Source: an uncultured Gammaproteobacteria bacterium
GTDB lineage: Bacteria; Patescibacteriota; Patescibacteriia; UBA9934; GWF2-40-263
Length of the DNA stretch: 53,949 nt
Assembly: GCA_964355525.1 (NCBI GenBank)
Contig: CAYHDY010000001.1
Span: 1-53,949 of the forward strand
Direction of reading: 5' to 3'
The notes under the pieces are model-generated. The model made no database searches, was not told the DNA's origin, and saw nothing but the letters and a program-made list of their open reading frames with translations. A program made the position numbers and the translations under genes. This document shows positions 7,805 through 15,402 of this stretch, one piece after another. Each line of letters begins with the position of its first letter. Position 1 is the first letter of the stretch.

Positions 7805-9847
7805 ATGAATATCACCGAACTAGCCCGACGTCTTCGTGTTCATCCAAACGAACTCCTGCTTAAATTGCCGGATCTCGGATTTGCGATTGGTGCACGTGCC
7901 ATCAAAGTGGATGACCGTCAGGCGCAAAAAATCATGGAAGCTTGGGCGGAAATGACCCGTAAGGATCGTTTGGCGCGAAAAGTGGAAATTCAAAAGGCAC
8001 AATCTGGTGTGCGTACAAGTGATGTTGCTGTTGCAGACAGAAAACCTGTCGTGCTTCCGGCGATGATGACGGTGCGAGATTTCGCGTCGCTTTTGAATCT
8101 TCCGGTTCCACGCATCATGCAAGAGTTGATGCGAAACGGAATTCTTGCGTCCATTAACGAACGCATCGATTTTGATACCGCATTGATTATCGCGGAAGAT
8201 TTAGGGTTTGCTCCAACGCTTGGAGAACAAAAACAAGCGGGTACGGAAGATACGGAAGGGATCGATAAAGTTCGTGAACGTGCGGAGAGTGAATCGAAAG
8301 ATAAAATGTTGCCGCGTCCGCCGGTTGTTGTTGTGATGGGACACGTTGATCATGGAAAAACAAAATTATTGGATGGCATTCGTAAAACAAACGTGATGGC
8401 GACGGAGGCGGGAGGAATCACACAACACATTGGTGCGTATCAAGTGGAACGTAACGGTCGTGCACTGACATTCATCGACACTCCAGGCCACGAAGCGTTT
8501 ACGGTCATGCGATCCCGCGGAGCAAAGGTTGCGGATATGGCGATTCTTGTTGTCGCAGCCGATGATGGTGTGCAGCCGCAAACACGTGAGGCCGTGAACA
8601 TTATTAAATCTGCAAACTTGCCGTTCATTGTCGCTCTCAACAAAATCGATCGCGCGGAAGCAAACATCGATCGTGTAAAAGGAGAACTCGCGGAACTTGG
8701 TTTGACTCCGGAAGATTGGGGTGGATCGACGGTTGTTGTCGGCGTCTCCGCAAAAGAGGGAACAAACATTGATGGTTTGCTCGACGTCTTGCTTTTGGTT
8801 GCGGATATTGAAAAAGACAACATCGTTGCAAATCCAAATCATCGCGCACTTGGAACCATTGTTGAATCTCATGTGGATACAACCATCGGTCCGGTCGCAA
8901 CCATGCTTGTTCAAAGCGGAACACTTCATGTCGGTGATGTTCTTGGTGTTCGTGGAACATTGTACGGACGTGTTCGTGCGATGAAAGATTGGAAAGGCGA
9001 TGCGGTTATCGATGCAACTCCATCTACTCCTGTTGAAATTATCGGCTGGAAAATCGCTCCTGCGGTTGGAGATGTTATGGATGTTCCTCTCGATGCAAAA
9101 GCATTGAAGCGCATTAAATCCACAGACAGCTCGATGAAAGCAACAGAATCGATGGCAATTCATCACGTGCAAACAGCTGTCGAAACGGAAGCAGAAGGGG
9201 ATCACAAGAAACGAACGCTTACACTGATCATTCGCGCCGACGTGCTCGGATCACTTGAAGCGATTCTCGGCATGATCGATAAAATCAAACACGATGAAGT
9301 TCAGGTGAAGGTGATGAAGAAAGGACTTGGAAACATTACGGACACCGATATTGGCGATGCGGAAGCGGCGGGTGCAATGGTCATGGCGTTTAACACACGC
9401 GTTGTTCCACGCGCAGAAGAACTCGCACGCGAAAAACATGTTACCGTTCGACGTTACGAGATTATCTATCGTTTGTTTGATGACGTCGTTGAAGAATTGC
9501 GTAAGTTGTTGCCGGCTGAATTGATTATTACAGAGCTCGGACAGTTTGAAATCATGAAAGTGTTTCGCAAGTCGGATCACGGTTGGATTGTCGGTGGTCG
9601 CGTAAAGAAATCCAAAATTTTACCAAAAGCAAAATTGCGTTTGAGTCGCAACGGTGAATATATCGGCGAAGGAGAAATTCTTGCACTTCAACTTGGTCCC
9701 GGAGAATTGAAAGAAGGACAACCCGGTCAAGAAATCGGATTGAGTTACAGAGGAAAAGTAAAACCAGAGGAAAAGGATATTTTCGAAGCCTACACGGAAG
9801 AAAAAATTACCAAGTTGTTCAAGCTCGAAGGAATTGAAACACGATAA
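7805..9847 (+). CDS. infB: Translation initiation factor IF-2
   Basis: IF2_N-like N-terminus. G-domain motifs [20 protein letters not shown] and NKID. Size 680 aa. Confidence 0.95.
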   Translation: MNITELARRLRVHPNELLLKLPDLGFAIGARAIKVDDRQAQKIMEAWAEMTRKDRLARKVEIQKAQSGVRTSDVAVADRKPVVLPAMMTVRDFASLLNLPVPRIMQELMRNGILASINERIDFDTALIIAEDLGFAPTLGEQKQAGTEDTEGIDKVRERAESESKDKMLPRPPVVVVMGHVDHGKTKLLDGIRKTNVMATEAGGITQHIGAYQVERNGRALTFIDTPGHEAFTVMRSRGAKVADMAILVVAADDGVQPQTREAVNIIKSANLPFIVALNKIDRAEANIDRVKGELAELGLTPEDWGGSTVVVGVSAKEGTNIDGLLDVLLLVADIEKDNIVANPNHRALGTIVESHVDTTIGPVATMLVQSGTLHVGDVLGVRGTLYGRVRAMKDWKGDAVIDATPSTPVEIIGWKIAPAVGDVMDVPLDAKALKRIKSTDSSMKATESMAIHHVQTAVETEAEGDHKKRTLTLIIRADVLGSLEAILGMIDKIKHDEVQVKVMKKGLGNITDTDIGDAEAAGAMVMAFNTRVVPRAEELAREKHVTVRRYEIIYRLFDDVVEELRKLLPAELIITELGQFEIMKVFRKSDHGWIVGGRVKKSKILPKAKLRLSRNGEYIGEGEILALQLGPGELKEGQPGQEIGLSYRGKVKPEEKDIFEAYTEEKITKLFKLEGIETR

Positions 9848-9854
9848 TTTATTT

Positions 9855-9883
9855 CGTAGGGGACGGTTGTGACCGTCCCTCGC
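9855..9883. repeat. Hairpin element family D (cgtaggggacgg-ttgtga-ccgtccctcgc)
   Basis: Located between infB and trxA. Sibling of 7228-7253. Confidence 0.5.
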
Positions 9884-9891
9884 ATCTATTT

Positions 9892-10212
9892 ATGTCCGAA
9901 TTGATTTTAACCGAAGAGAATTTTGACGCGTCCGTTTTGCAAGCCGACGGGCTTGTGCTCGTAGATTTTTGGGCGCCGTGGTGCGGACCGTGCCGAATGA
10001 TGGCTCCGATCATTGAAGAACTCGCACATGAACTTGAAGGAGTCATCATTGCAAAGTTGAACGTGGATGAGCATTCATCCATTGCACAGAGATTTAACAT
10101 TCTCTCCATCCCAACATTCATTTTATTTAAAAAAGGTCAGGTCGTTGATCAGTTCTCGGGCGGTATGGCAAAGGAAGCGTTTAAGGCACATATTCAAAAA
10201 CATCTTTCCTAA
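9892..10212 (+). CDS. trxA: Thioredoxin
   Basis: Active site WAPWCGPCR. Size 106 aa. Confidence 0.95.
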   Translation: MSELILTEENFDASVLQADGLVLVDFWAPWCGPCRMMAPIIEELAHELEGVIIAKLNVDEHSSIAQRFNILSIPTFILFKKGQVVDQFSGGMAKEAFKAHIQKHLS

Positions 10213-10214
10213 TT

Positions 10215-11153
10215 ATGGCAACCGAGAATCTCATCATCATTGGTTCCGGTCCTGCCGGATACACGGCCGCGATTTATGCAGCGCGTGCGGAATTGAAACC
10301 GGTGATGTTTGAAGGACAGTCGACGGGCGGACAACCGGGCGGACAGTTGATGCTCACGACAGATGTTGAAAACTTTCCTGGATTTCCAGAAGGGATTCAA
10401 GGGCCGGAACTCATGGAACAAATGAAAAAACAGGCTGTGCGTTTCGGAACAACGATTGTTTCGAAAGACGTAACGTTTGTGGATTTTTCCGTGAAGCCGT
10501 TTATTGTTCGAACAGGCGAGGAAGAATATTTTGCGAATAGTGTGATCGTCACAACTGGTGCGCAAGCAAAGTGGCTTGGCGTTCCCGGCGAACAAACGTA
10601 TCAAGGTCGTGGCGTTTCCGCGTGTGCAACCTGTGATGGATTTTTTTTCAAAGAGAAACATGTGGTCGTTGTCGGCGGGGGAGACGCAGCGATGGAAGAA
10701 GCGAATTTTCTGACACGCTTTGCATTGAAGTTGACGCTCCTTGTTCGATCGGACGCACTTCGCGCTTCGAAAATTATGCAGGATCGTGTAAAAGCAAATC
10801 CGAAAATTGAAATTCTGTGGAACACGGAAGTCGCGGAAGTTGTCGGTAATACTTCGAAGATGACCGGACTTACATTGAAAAATAATAAGACCGGTGAAAT
10901 GACGAACATGCAAGCAGATGGATTGTTCGTTGCCATCGGACACAAACCAAACACGGAAATTTTTGCGGGACAATTGGAACTCGATCCCGTCGGATATATC
11001 GTCACGAAAGATCATTCGTCGGCAACAAGCGTTGAGGGAGTCTTCGCAGGCGGAGACGTTGCGGATCACGTGTACCGTCAAGCGATCAGTGCTGCGGGAA
11101 CGGGATGTATGGCCGCGCTTGATGCGGAACGATATTTATCGAGACAATCATAA
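10215..11153 (+). CDS. trxB: Thioredoxin-disulfide reductase
   Basis: GSGPAGYTAAIYA FAD motif, redox centre CATCDG, GGGDAAMEEA NADPH motif, and GDV...QAISAAGTGCMAA. Confidence 0.95.
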   Translation: MATENLIIIGSGPAGYTAAIYAARAELKPVMFEGQSTGGQPGGQLMLTTDVENFPGFPEGIQGPELMEQMKKQAVRFGTTIVSKDVTFVDFSVKPFIVRTGEEEYFANSVIVTTGAQAKWLGVPGEQTYQGRGVSACATCDGFFFKEKHVVVVGGGDAAMEEANFLTRFALKLTLLVRSDALRASKIMQDRVKANPKIEILWNTEVAEVVGNTSKMTGLTLKNNKTGEMTNMQADGLFVAIGHKPNTEIFAGQLELDPVGYIVTKDHSSATSVEGVFAGGDVADHVYRQAISAAGTGCMAALDAERYLSRQS

Positions 11154-11166
11154 AATTTCAAATCGA

Positions 11167-11208
11167 AAAATCCCAACTTCCAAATTATTGGCGGTTGGGA
11201 TTTTTTAT
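11167..11208 (+). terminator. Intrinsic terminator of trxB
   Basis: aaatcccaac ... gttgggattt followed by a T-run. Confidence 0.55.
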
Positions 11209-11220
11209 TTGATGCATTTG

Positions 11221-11252
11221 AAAATAAAAAAGATACCTGTCGAAAGGTATCA
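11221..11252 (-). terminator. Intrinsic terminator of the 294-aa orphan gene
   Basis: The minus strand reads gatacct-ttcgac-aggtatc followed by ttttttatttt. Confidence 0.55.
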
Positions 11253-11258
11253 GTGTGT

Positions 11259-12143
11259 TCAGGCAGCCGCGTCTTTCTTTGGTTGAAGAGCCGCTTCGCC
11301 ACGAGTGAGGAAATCCTTGATGATGCGCAGATCTTGCGGATAGAAGCTGAAGTCGATTGCCTCACCGTTCGTCTGTCCGACAATTGCGCGACATGGAACG
11401 AATTCTTCTTTGAACGCTGTGTTGAACTGTTGCGTTCCGCCGTAGATGGCTCGACGAGAGATCGTGCCAAGACTCGGATCGTTCGAGCGGGGACACTTGT
11501 GTACTTGCTCGATGTAGAACGCTCCGTTCTGTTTTCCTGGATTGACGGTCACACACAGGTTGTAGCCGGTTTCGGTGATGACGATCAGATCCATGTTCCA
11601 GTTCATGTTTTCTTCCACGCTCGGAAGGAACACATAACAATTTGTTGCGGAGAGGAAATTGACGATCGTACGGGCACGCGAGGATGCGTCCGTCACGGAT
11701 TTTTTCCACAGGCGAACGCTTGTTGCGTTTCCATGGCCGAGCGCGAAAATTTCCATCCCGTCCCTTGGATCGAGATCCAAGAAAAAACGGGTGAGGCGAT
11801 GTTGTAGCATTGTGCCGATCACTTCGATCATCCATTGCTCTTTCACGGACGTGTTCGGGTGATAGAGCTGACTTTGCAACTTGTACAGGGCGAGGATGGT
11901 GCAGACTTCGCGTTCGATCGGAGAGATTTGCGCGAAGTAACTTGAAAGCGCTGAACGCACCTGCAGCTCGATCGCGTGCACAGCCATCACGATATCTTTC
12001 GACAGATCGAACAGATATGGATGAAGCTTCGCGACTGGATAGCGTGCGAACTCTTGGATGCGTTTCCGTTCATCTTCCGACAAGCGGATTCGTTTGCTGT
12101 CGACTTGAATTTCCCGATGTTCTTCAAACAATCGATCCCACAT
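11259..12143 (-). CDS. Hypothetical protein (294 aa), orphan
   Basis: Start trimmed to MWDRLFEEH (GGAGG RBS on the minus strand at 12150-12154). It has its own terminator. No motif recognised. Confidence 0.55.
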   Translation of the reverse strand: MWDRLFEEHREIQVDSKRIRLSEDERKRIQEFARYPVAKLHPYLFDLSKDIVMAVHAIELQVRSALSSYFAQISPIEREVCTILALYKLQSQLYHPNTSVKEQWMIEVIGTMLQHRLTRFFLDLDPRDGMEIFALGHGNATSVRLWKKSVTDASSRARTIVNFLSATNCYVFLPSVEENMNWNMDLIVITETGYNLCVTVNPGKQNGAFYIEQVHKCPRSNDPSLGTISRRAIYGGTQQFNTAFKEEFVPCRAIVGQTNGEAIDFSFYPQDLRIIKDFLTRGEAALQPKKDAAA

Positions 12144-12261
12144 GGTGAACCTCCTCTGGTGGTACCAGTGAGAGAATCTATCAGAGATTCTGAGATTCGT
12201 CAAGGTTATCTTCCTCTTTTTCTCGACGAGTTTGCCTATCCTTTGATAGGATACGGTCACT

Positions 12262-15200
12262 ATGAGTTACAATCATCAAGAAATTGAAAAGAAATGGCAG
12301 GCTCGATGGGAAGCCGACCAACACGGGCGTGTCGTCGAAACTGATTCGAACGAAAATGCCTTGTATTACCTCATCATGTTTCCGTATCCGTCCGGATCCG
12401 GTCTGCATGTAGGCCACGTGGAATCGCAAGCCGCGATTGATATTTTGGCACGCATGGAGCGTATGCGCGGAAAAAATGTGTTGTGTCCGATCGGATACGA
12501 TGCGTTTGGTTTGCCTGCGGAGAATTACGCGATTAAGACGGGTGTGCATCCTTCGGTCACAACGAAACAAGCGATTGAGAATTTTCACAAACAGATGCAA
12601 TCCCTCGGCCTCTCGTTCGATTGGTCACGCGAAATTTCTACGGCGGATCCGGAATACTACAAATGGACACAATGGTTGTTTCTCTTGTTTTATAAAAACG
12701 GTTTGGCATACAGAAAAAAATCTCCCGTGAACTGGTGTGACGGTTGTCATACCGTTCTCGCAAACGAACAAGTCGTCGCCGGCGCCTGCGAACGTTGCGG
12801 CACCATTGTGATCCAAAAAGATTTGGAACAATGGTTTTTCAATATCACAAAATACGCGGATCGTTTACTCGCAGGTCTCGACACAATCGATTGGCCGGAG
12901 AAGATTAAGTCGATGCAGCGGAATTGGATTGGCAAATCGGTTGGAGCGGAAGTCATCTTTCAACTCGCTGATGCGTCATCCCGAGCGAAGTCCGACGAAG
13001 TCGAGGGATCTTCGATTCGCATGGAAGTTGTATTCGCATCGAACAATAAAGCGAAGAAGGCGCGTATGCAGAAATTGGTTGATGCCGCTGGACTCTCGAT
13101 TCAACTGAAGACGCCCGAGGAAATCGGTATTCTTGATTTCGATGTTGTAGAGGATGGTTTGACACTCACGGAGAATTCGGAAAAGAAAGCGCGAGCGCTT
13201 TCGCATCTCACGTCACTGCCGATTCTTGCAGATGATTCCGGATTTTTTATTGAGAACAGTAAATTGGATCCGGTGAAGGTAAAACGAAATGCTCTCGACG
13301 GCGTTGACGAAAAAGAATTTTCAACGGAAGAGATCGGAAACAAGATGCTCACATATTATCAACGCATCGCCACAGATCATGGCGGTCGTGTGGATGCGGA
13401 ATGGCGAAGTTCTTTGTGTTTGATGTCGTCCGCGAAGATATTGAAACAAGAAGAAGCAATCAGACCGACGATTCTGACGAACGAACCGCACGGCATCATG
13501 GATCCGTTTATGCCGCTTCGTCCATTGTATATTTCGAAAGATACAAATAAATACGTTCTCGATCAGACGGATGAAGAAGAATTGATCGAGTTAAAACCGA
13601 TCATGGACGCACTCACACGTTTGTTCCGTCCATCGATTCGTGTTTTTACGACGCGCCCCGACACACTCTTCGGTGCAACGTATCTTGTTCTCGCACCTGA
13701 ACATCAACTTGTTGATTCAATCGTGACCGTTGAACATCGCGCAGAAGTCGAGGTGTATCGCGTCGCTGCGTCGAAGAAATCCGCGCTTGAGCGAACGGAA
13801 TTGCAGAAAGAAAAGACCGGTGTGTTTACGGGTGCGTATGCAATCAATCCTGTGAACGGTGAAGCGATTCCTGTTTGGATCGCAGATTATGTCATCACGA
13901 CATACGGAACCGGAGCGATCATGGCCGTCCCAGCACACGATGAACGAGATTTTGAATTCGCAAAAAAATATCAGTTGCCGACGAAGATTGTTGTCGCATC
14001 AAAAAGTGGGGAAGAGATCGAAGGTTTTTTTGAAGAGGGAGTCGCTGTCCATTCCGAATTTCTTAGTGGACTTTCGACAAGCGGAGCAAAACAAAAAATG
14101 ATTCAGTGGCTCGAGGAGAATCATGTCGGAAATGCGAAGACGACATTTCGTTTGCGCGATTGGCTCGTTTCACGACAACGTTACTGGGGAGCGCCGATTC
14201 CAATTATTTGGTGTGAGGAACATGGGGCACAGGCCGTCGAAGAATCACAACTTCCTGTCGAACTTCCGACCGATGTCGACTTCAAACCGACCGGCGAATC
14301 GCCACTTGTCGATTCAAAAACATTTCACGATGTGAAATGTCCGAAGTGTGGCAAAGATGCGCGTCGCGAGTCTGACACGATGGATACGTTCGTCGACTCG
14401 TCGTGGTACTACTTGCGCTATACAGATCCGCACAACGCGAAGGCGTTCGCGGATAAATCGAAAATCGATTATTGGTGTCCGGTGGATTTGTATCTCGGCG
14501 GCGCGGAACACGCGGTCATGCATTTGTTGTACGCACGCTTTTTCGCATACGCACTTCACGATCTCGGCTATCTGAATTTCTCCGCCAGAGGCGGATCCGC
14601 CTCTGGCGGAGAAGAGCCATTCTTAAAATTGAAAAATCAGGGACTCATCCTCGGACCCGACGGAGACAAGATGTCGAAGTCAAAAGGGAACGTCGTGAAT
14701 CCGGATGAAATCGTTTCCGAGTACGGGGCGGATTCGATTCGTCTCTATGAAATGTTCATGGGGCCGCTTGAAGATGCAAAACCATGGGACACAAAAGGAG
14801 TCGTCGGCGTTCGTCGTTTTCTCGATAAGGTTTGGAAATTGAAAGAAAAAGTCGCCGCCTCTGCGTCATCCCGAGCGCAGCGAAGCGAAGCCGAGGGATC
14901 TTCGAGCGAGGGGGAGATCCTTCGGGTACCTCAGGATGACGCATATGTGAACCGTCTCCTTCACAAAACCATCAAGAAAGTCACGAAGGATCTTGAAGAT
15001 CTGAAATTCAACACGGCGATCTCACAACTCATGATCGCGACGAATGAATTTTCGAGTGTGACATCGATCGAAGAGCAATCACTCGAATCATTGTTGAAAT
15101 TGCTCGCACCGTTCGCGCCGCACATTGCGGAAGAACTCTGGGGACAACTTGGACACACAACATCGATCTTCAAAGAATCATGGCCGACGTTTGATCCGAC

Positions 15201-15402
15201 ACTCATTGTCGACGACGTCATTGAAATGGGTGTGCAAGTGAATGGAAAAGTTCGCGCGACGATTCACATCGCACCGAATGCGGATGAAGCGTCGGCAAAA
15301 GAACTCGCGTTGTCTGAACCGAATGTTTTGAAATGGATTGAAGGAAAAGACATTGTAAAAATTATTTACGTTCCGGGGAAAATTTTTAACATTGTTGTAT
15401 GA
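12262..15402 (+). CDS. leuS: Leucine--tRNA ligase carrying an in-frame Ham1/RdgB-like insertion and three palindromic-element insertions
   Basis: HIGH (GLHVGHVES), Zn module CDGC...CERCG, QRNWIGKS, CP1 editing motifs TTRPDTLFGATY and GTGAIMAVPAHDERD, and KMSKS. At 1046 aa it is much longer than typical bacterial LeuRS. Confidence 0.9.
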   Translation: MSYNHQEIEKKWQARWEADQHGRVVETDSNENALYYLIMFPYPSGSGLHVGHVESQAAIDILARMERMRGKNVLCPIGYDAFGLPAENYAIKTGVHPSVTTKQAIENFHKQMQSLGLSFDWSREISTADPEYYKWTQWLFLLFYKNGLAYRKKSPVNWCDGCHTVLANEQVVAGACERCGTIVIQKDLEQWFFNITKYADRLLAGLDTIDWPEKIKSMQRNWIGKSVGAEVIFQLADASSRAKSDEVEGSSIRMEVVFASNNKAKKARMQKLVDAAGLSIQLKTPEEIGILDFDVVEDGLTLTENSEKKARALSHLTSLPILADDSGFFIENSKLDPVKVKRNALDGVDEKEFSTEEIGNKMLTYYQRIATDHGGRVDAEWRSSLCLMSSAKILKQEEAIRPTILTNEPHGIMDPFMPLRPLYISKDTNKYVLDQTDEEELIELKPIMDALTRLFRPSIRVFTTRPDTLFGATYLVLAPEHQLVDSIVTVEHRAEVEVYRVAASKKSALERTELQKEKTGVFTGAYAINPVNGEAIPVWIADYVITTYGTGAIMAVPAHDERDFEFAKKYQLPTKIVVASKSGEEIEGFFEEGVAVHSEFLSGLSTSGAKQKMIQWLEENHVGNAKTTFRLRDWLVSRQRYWGAPIPIIWCEEHGAQAVEESQLPVELPTDVDFKPTGESPLVDSKTFHDVKCPKCGKDARRESDTMDTFVDSSWYYLRYTDPHNAKAFADKSKIDYWCPVDLYLGGAEHAVMHLLYARFFAYALHDLGYLNFSARGGSASGGEEPFLKLKNQGLILGPDGDKMSKSKGNVVNPDEIVSEYGADSIRLYEMFMGPLEDAKPWDTKGVVGVRRFLDKVWKLKEKVAASASSRAQRSEAEGSSSEGEILRVPQDDAYVNRLLHKTIKKVTKDLEDLKFNTAISQLMIATNEFSSVTSIEEQSLESLLKLLAPFAPHIAEELWGQLGHTTSIFKESWPTFDPTLIVDDVIEMGVQVNGKVRATIHIAPNADEASAKELALSEPNVLKWIEGKDIVKIIYVPGKIFNIVV
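12972..13014. repeat. Palindromic element family A, left-half copy inside leuS (translated as ASSRAKSDEVEGSS)
   Basis: tgcgtcatcccgagcgaag...gagggatcttcg matches the left ends of the copies at 14862 and 28016. Confidence 0.6.
14581..14610. repeat. Palindromic element family B: 30-nt perfect palindrome tccgccagaggcggatccgcctctggcgga inside leuS
   Basis: Perfect self-complementarity. Identical copy at 39646-39675. Exactly 10 codons (SARGGSASGG). Confidence 0.9.
14862..14943. repeat. Palindromic element family A, full copy inside leuS
   Basis: Termini tgcgtcatcccgag / ctcaggatgacgca are inverted repeats (one mismatch). Internal gagggatcttcg / gagatccttcg arms. Translated as SASSRAQRSEAEGSSSEGEILRVPQDDA. 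Confidence 0.8.

Noticed and set aside
8366-9205. A 279-aa ORF antisense to infB (and a similar 290-aa ORF at 10209-11081 antisense to trxB).
   Set aside because: These are shadow ORFs opposite highly conserved genes. Their composition is Cys/Arg/His/Phe-rich.
12967-13635. The possibility that the leuS insertion is an intein.
   Set aside because: There is no Cys/Ser at the N-terminal junction in the expected position. There is no terminal His-Asn followed by Cys/Ser/Thr at the C-terminal junction (...TRLFRPS|IRVF). There are no homing-endonuclease (LAGLIDADG/HNH) blocks. The sequence instead resembles Ham1/RdgB.
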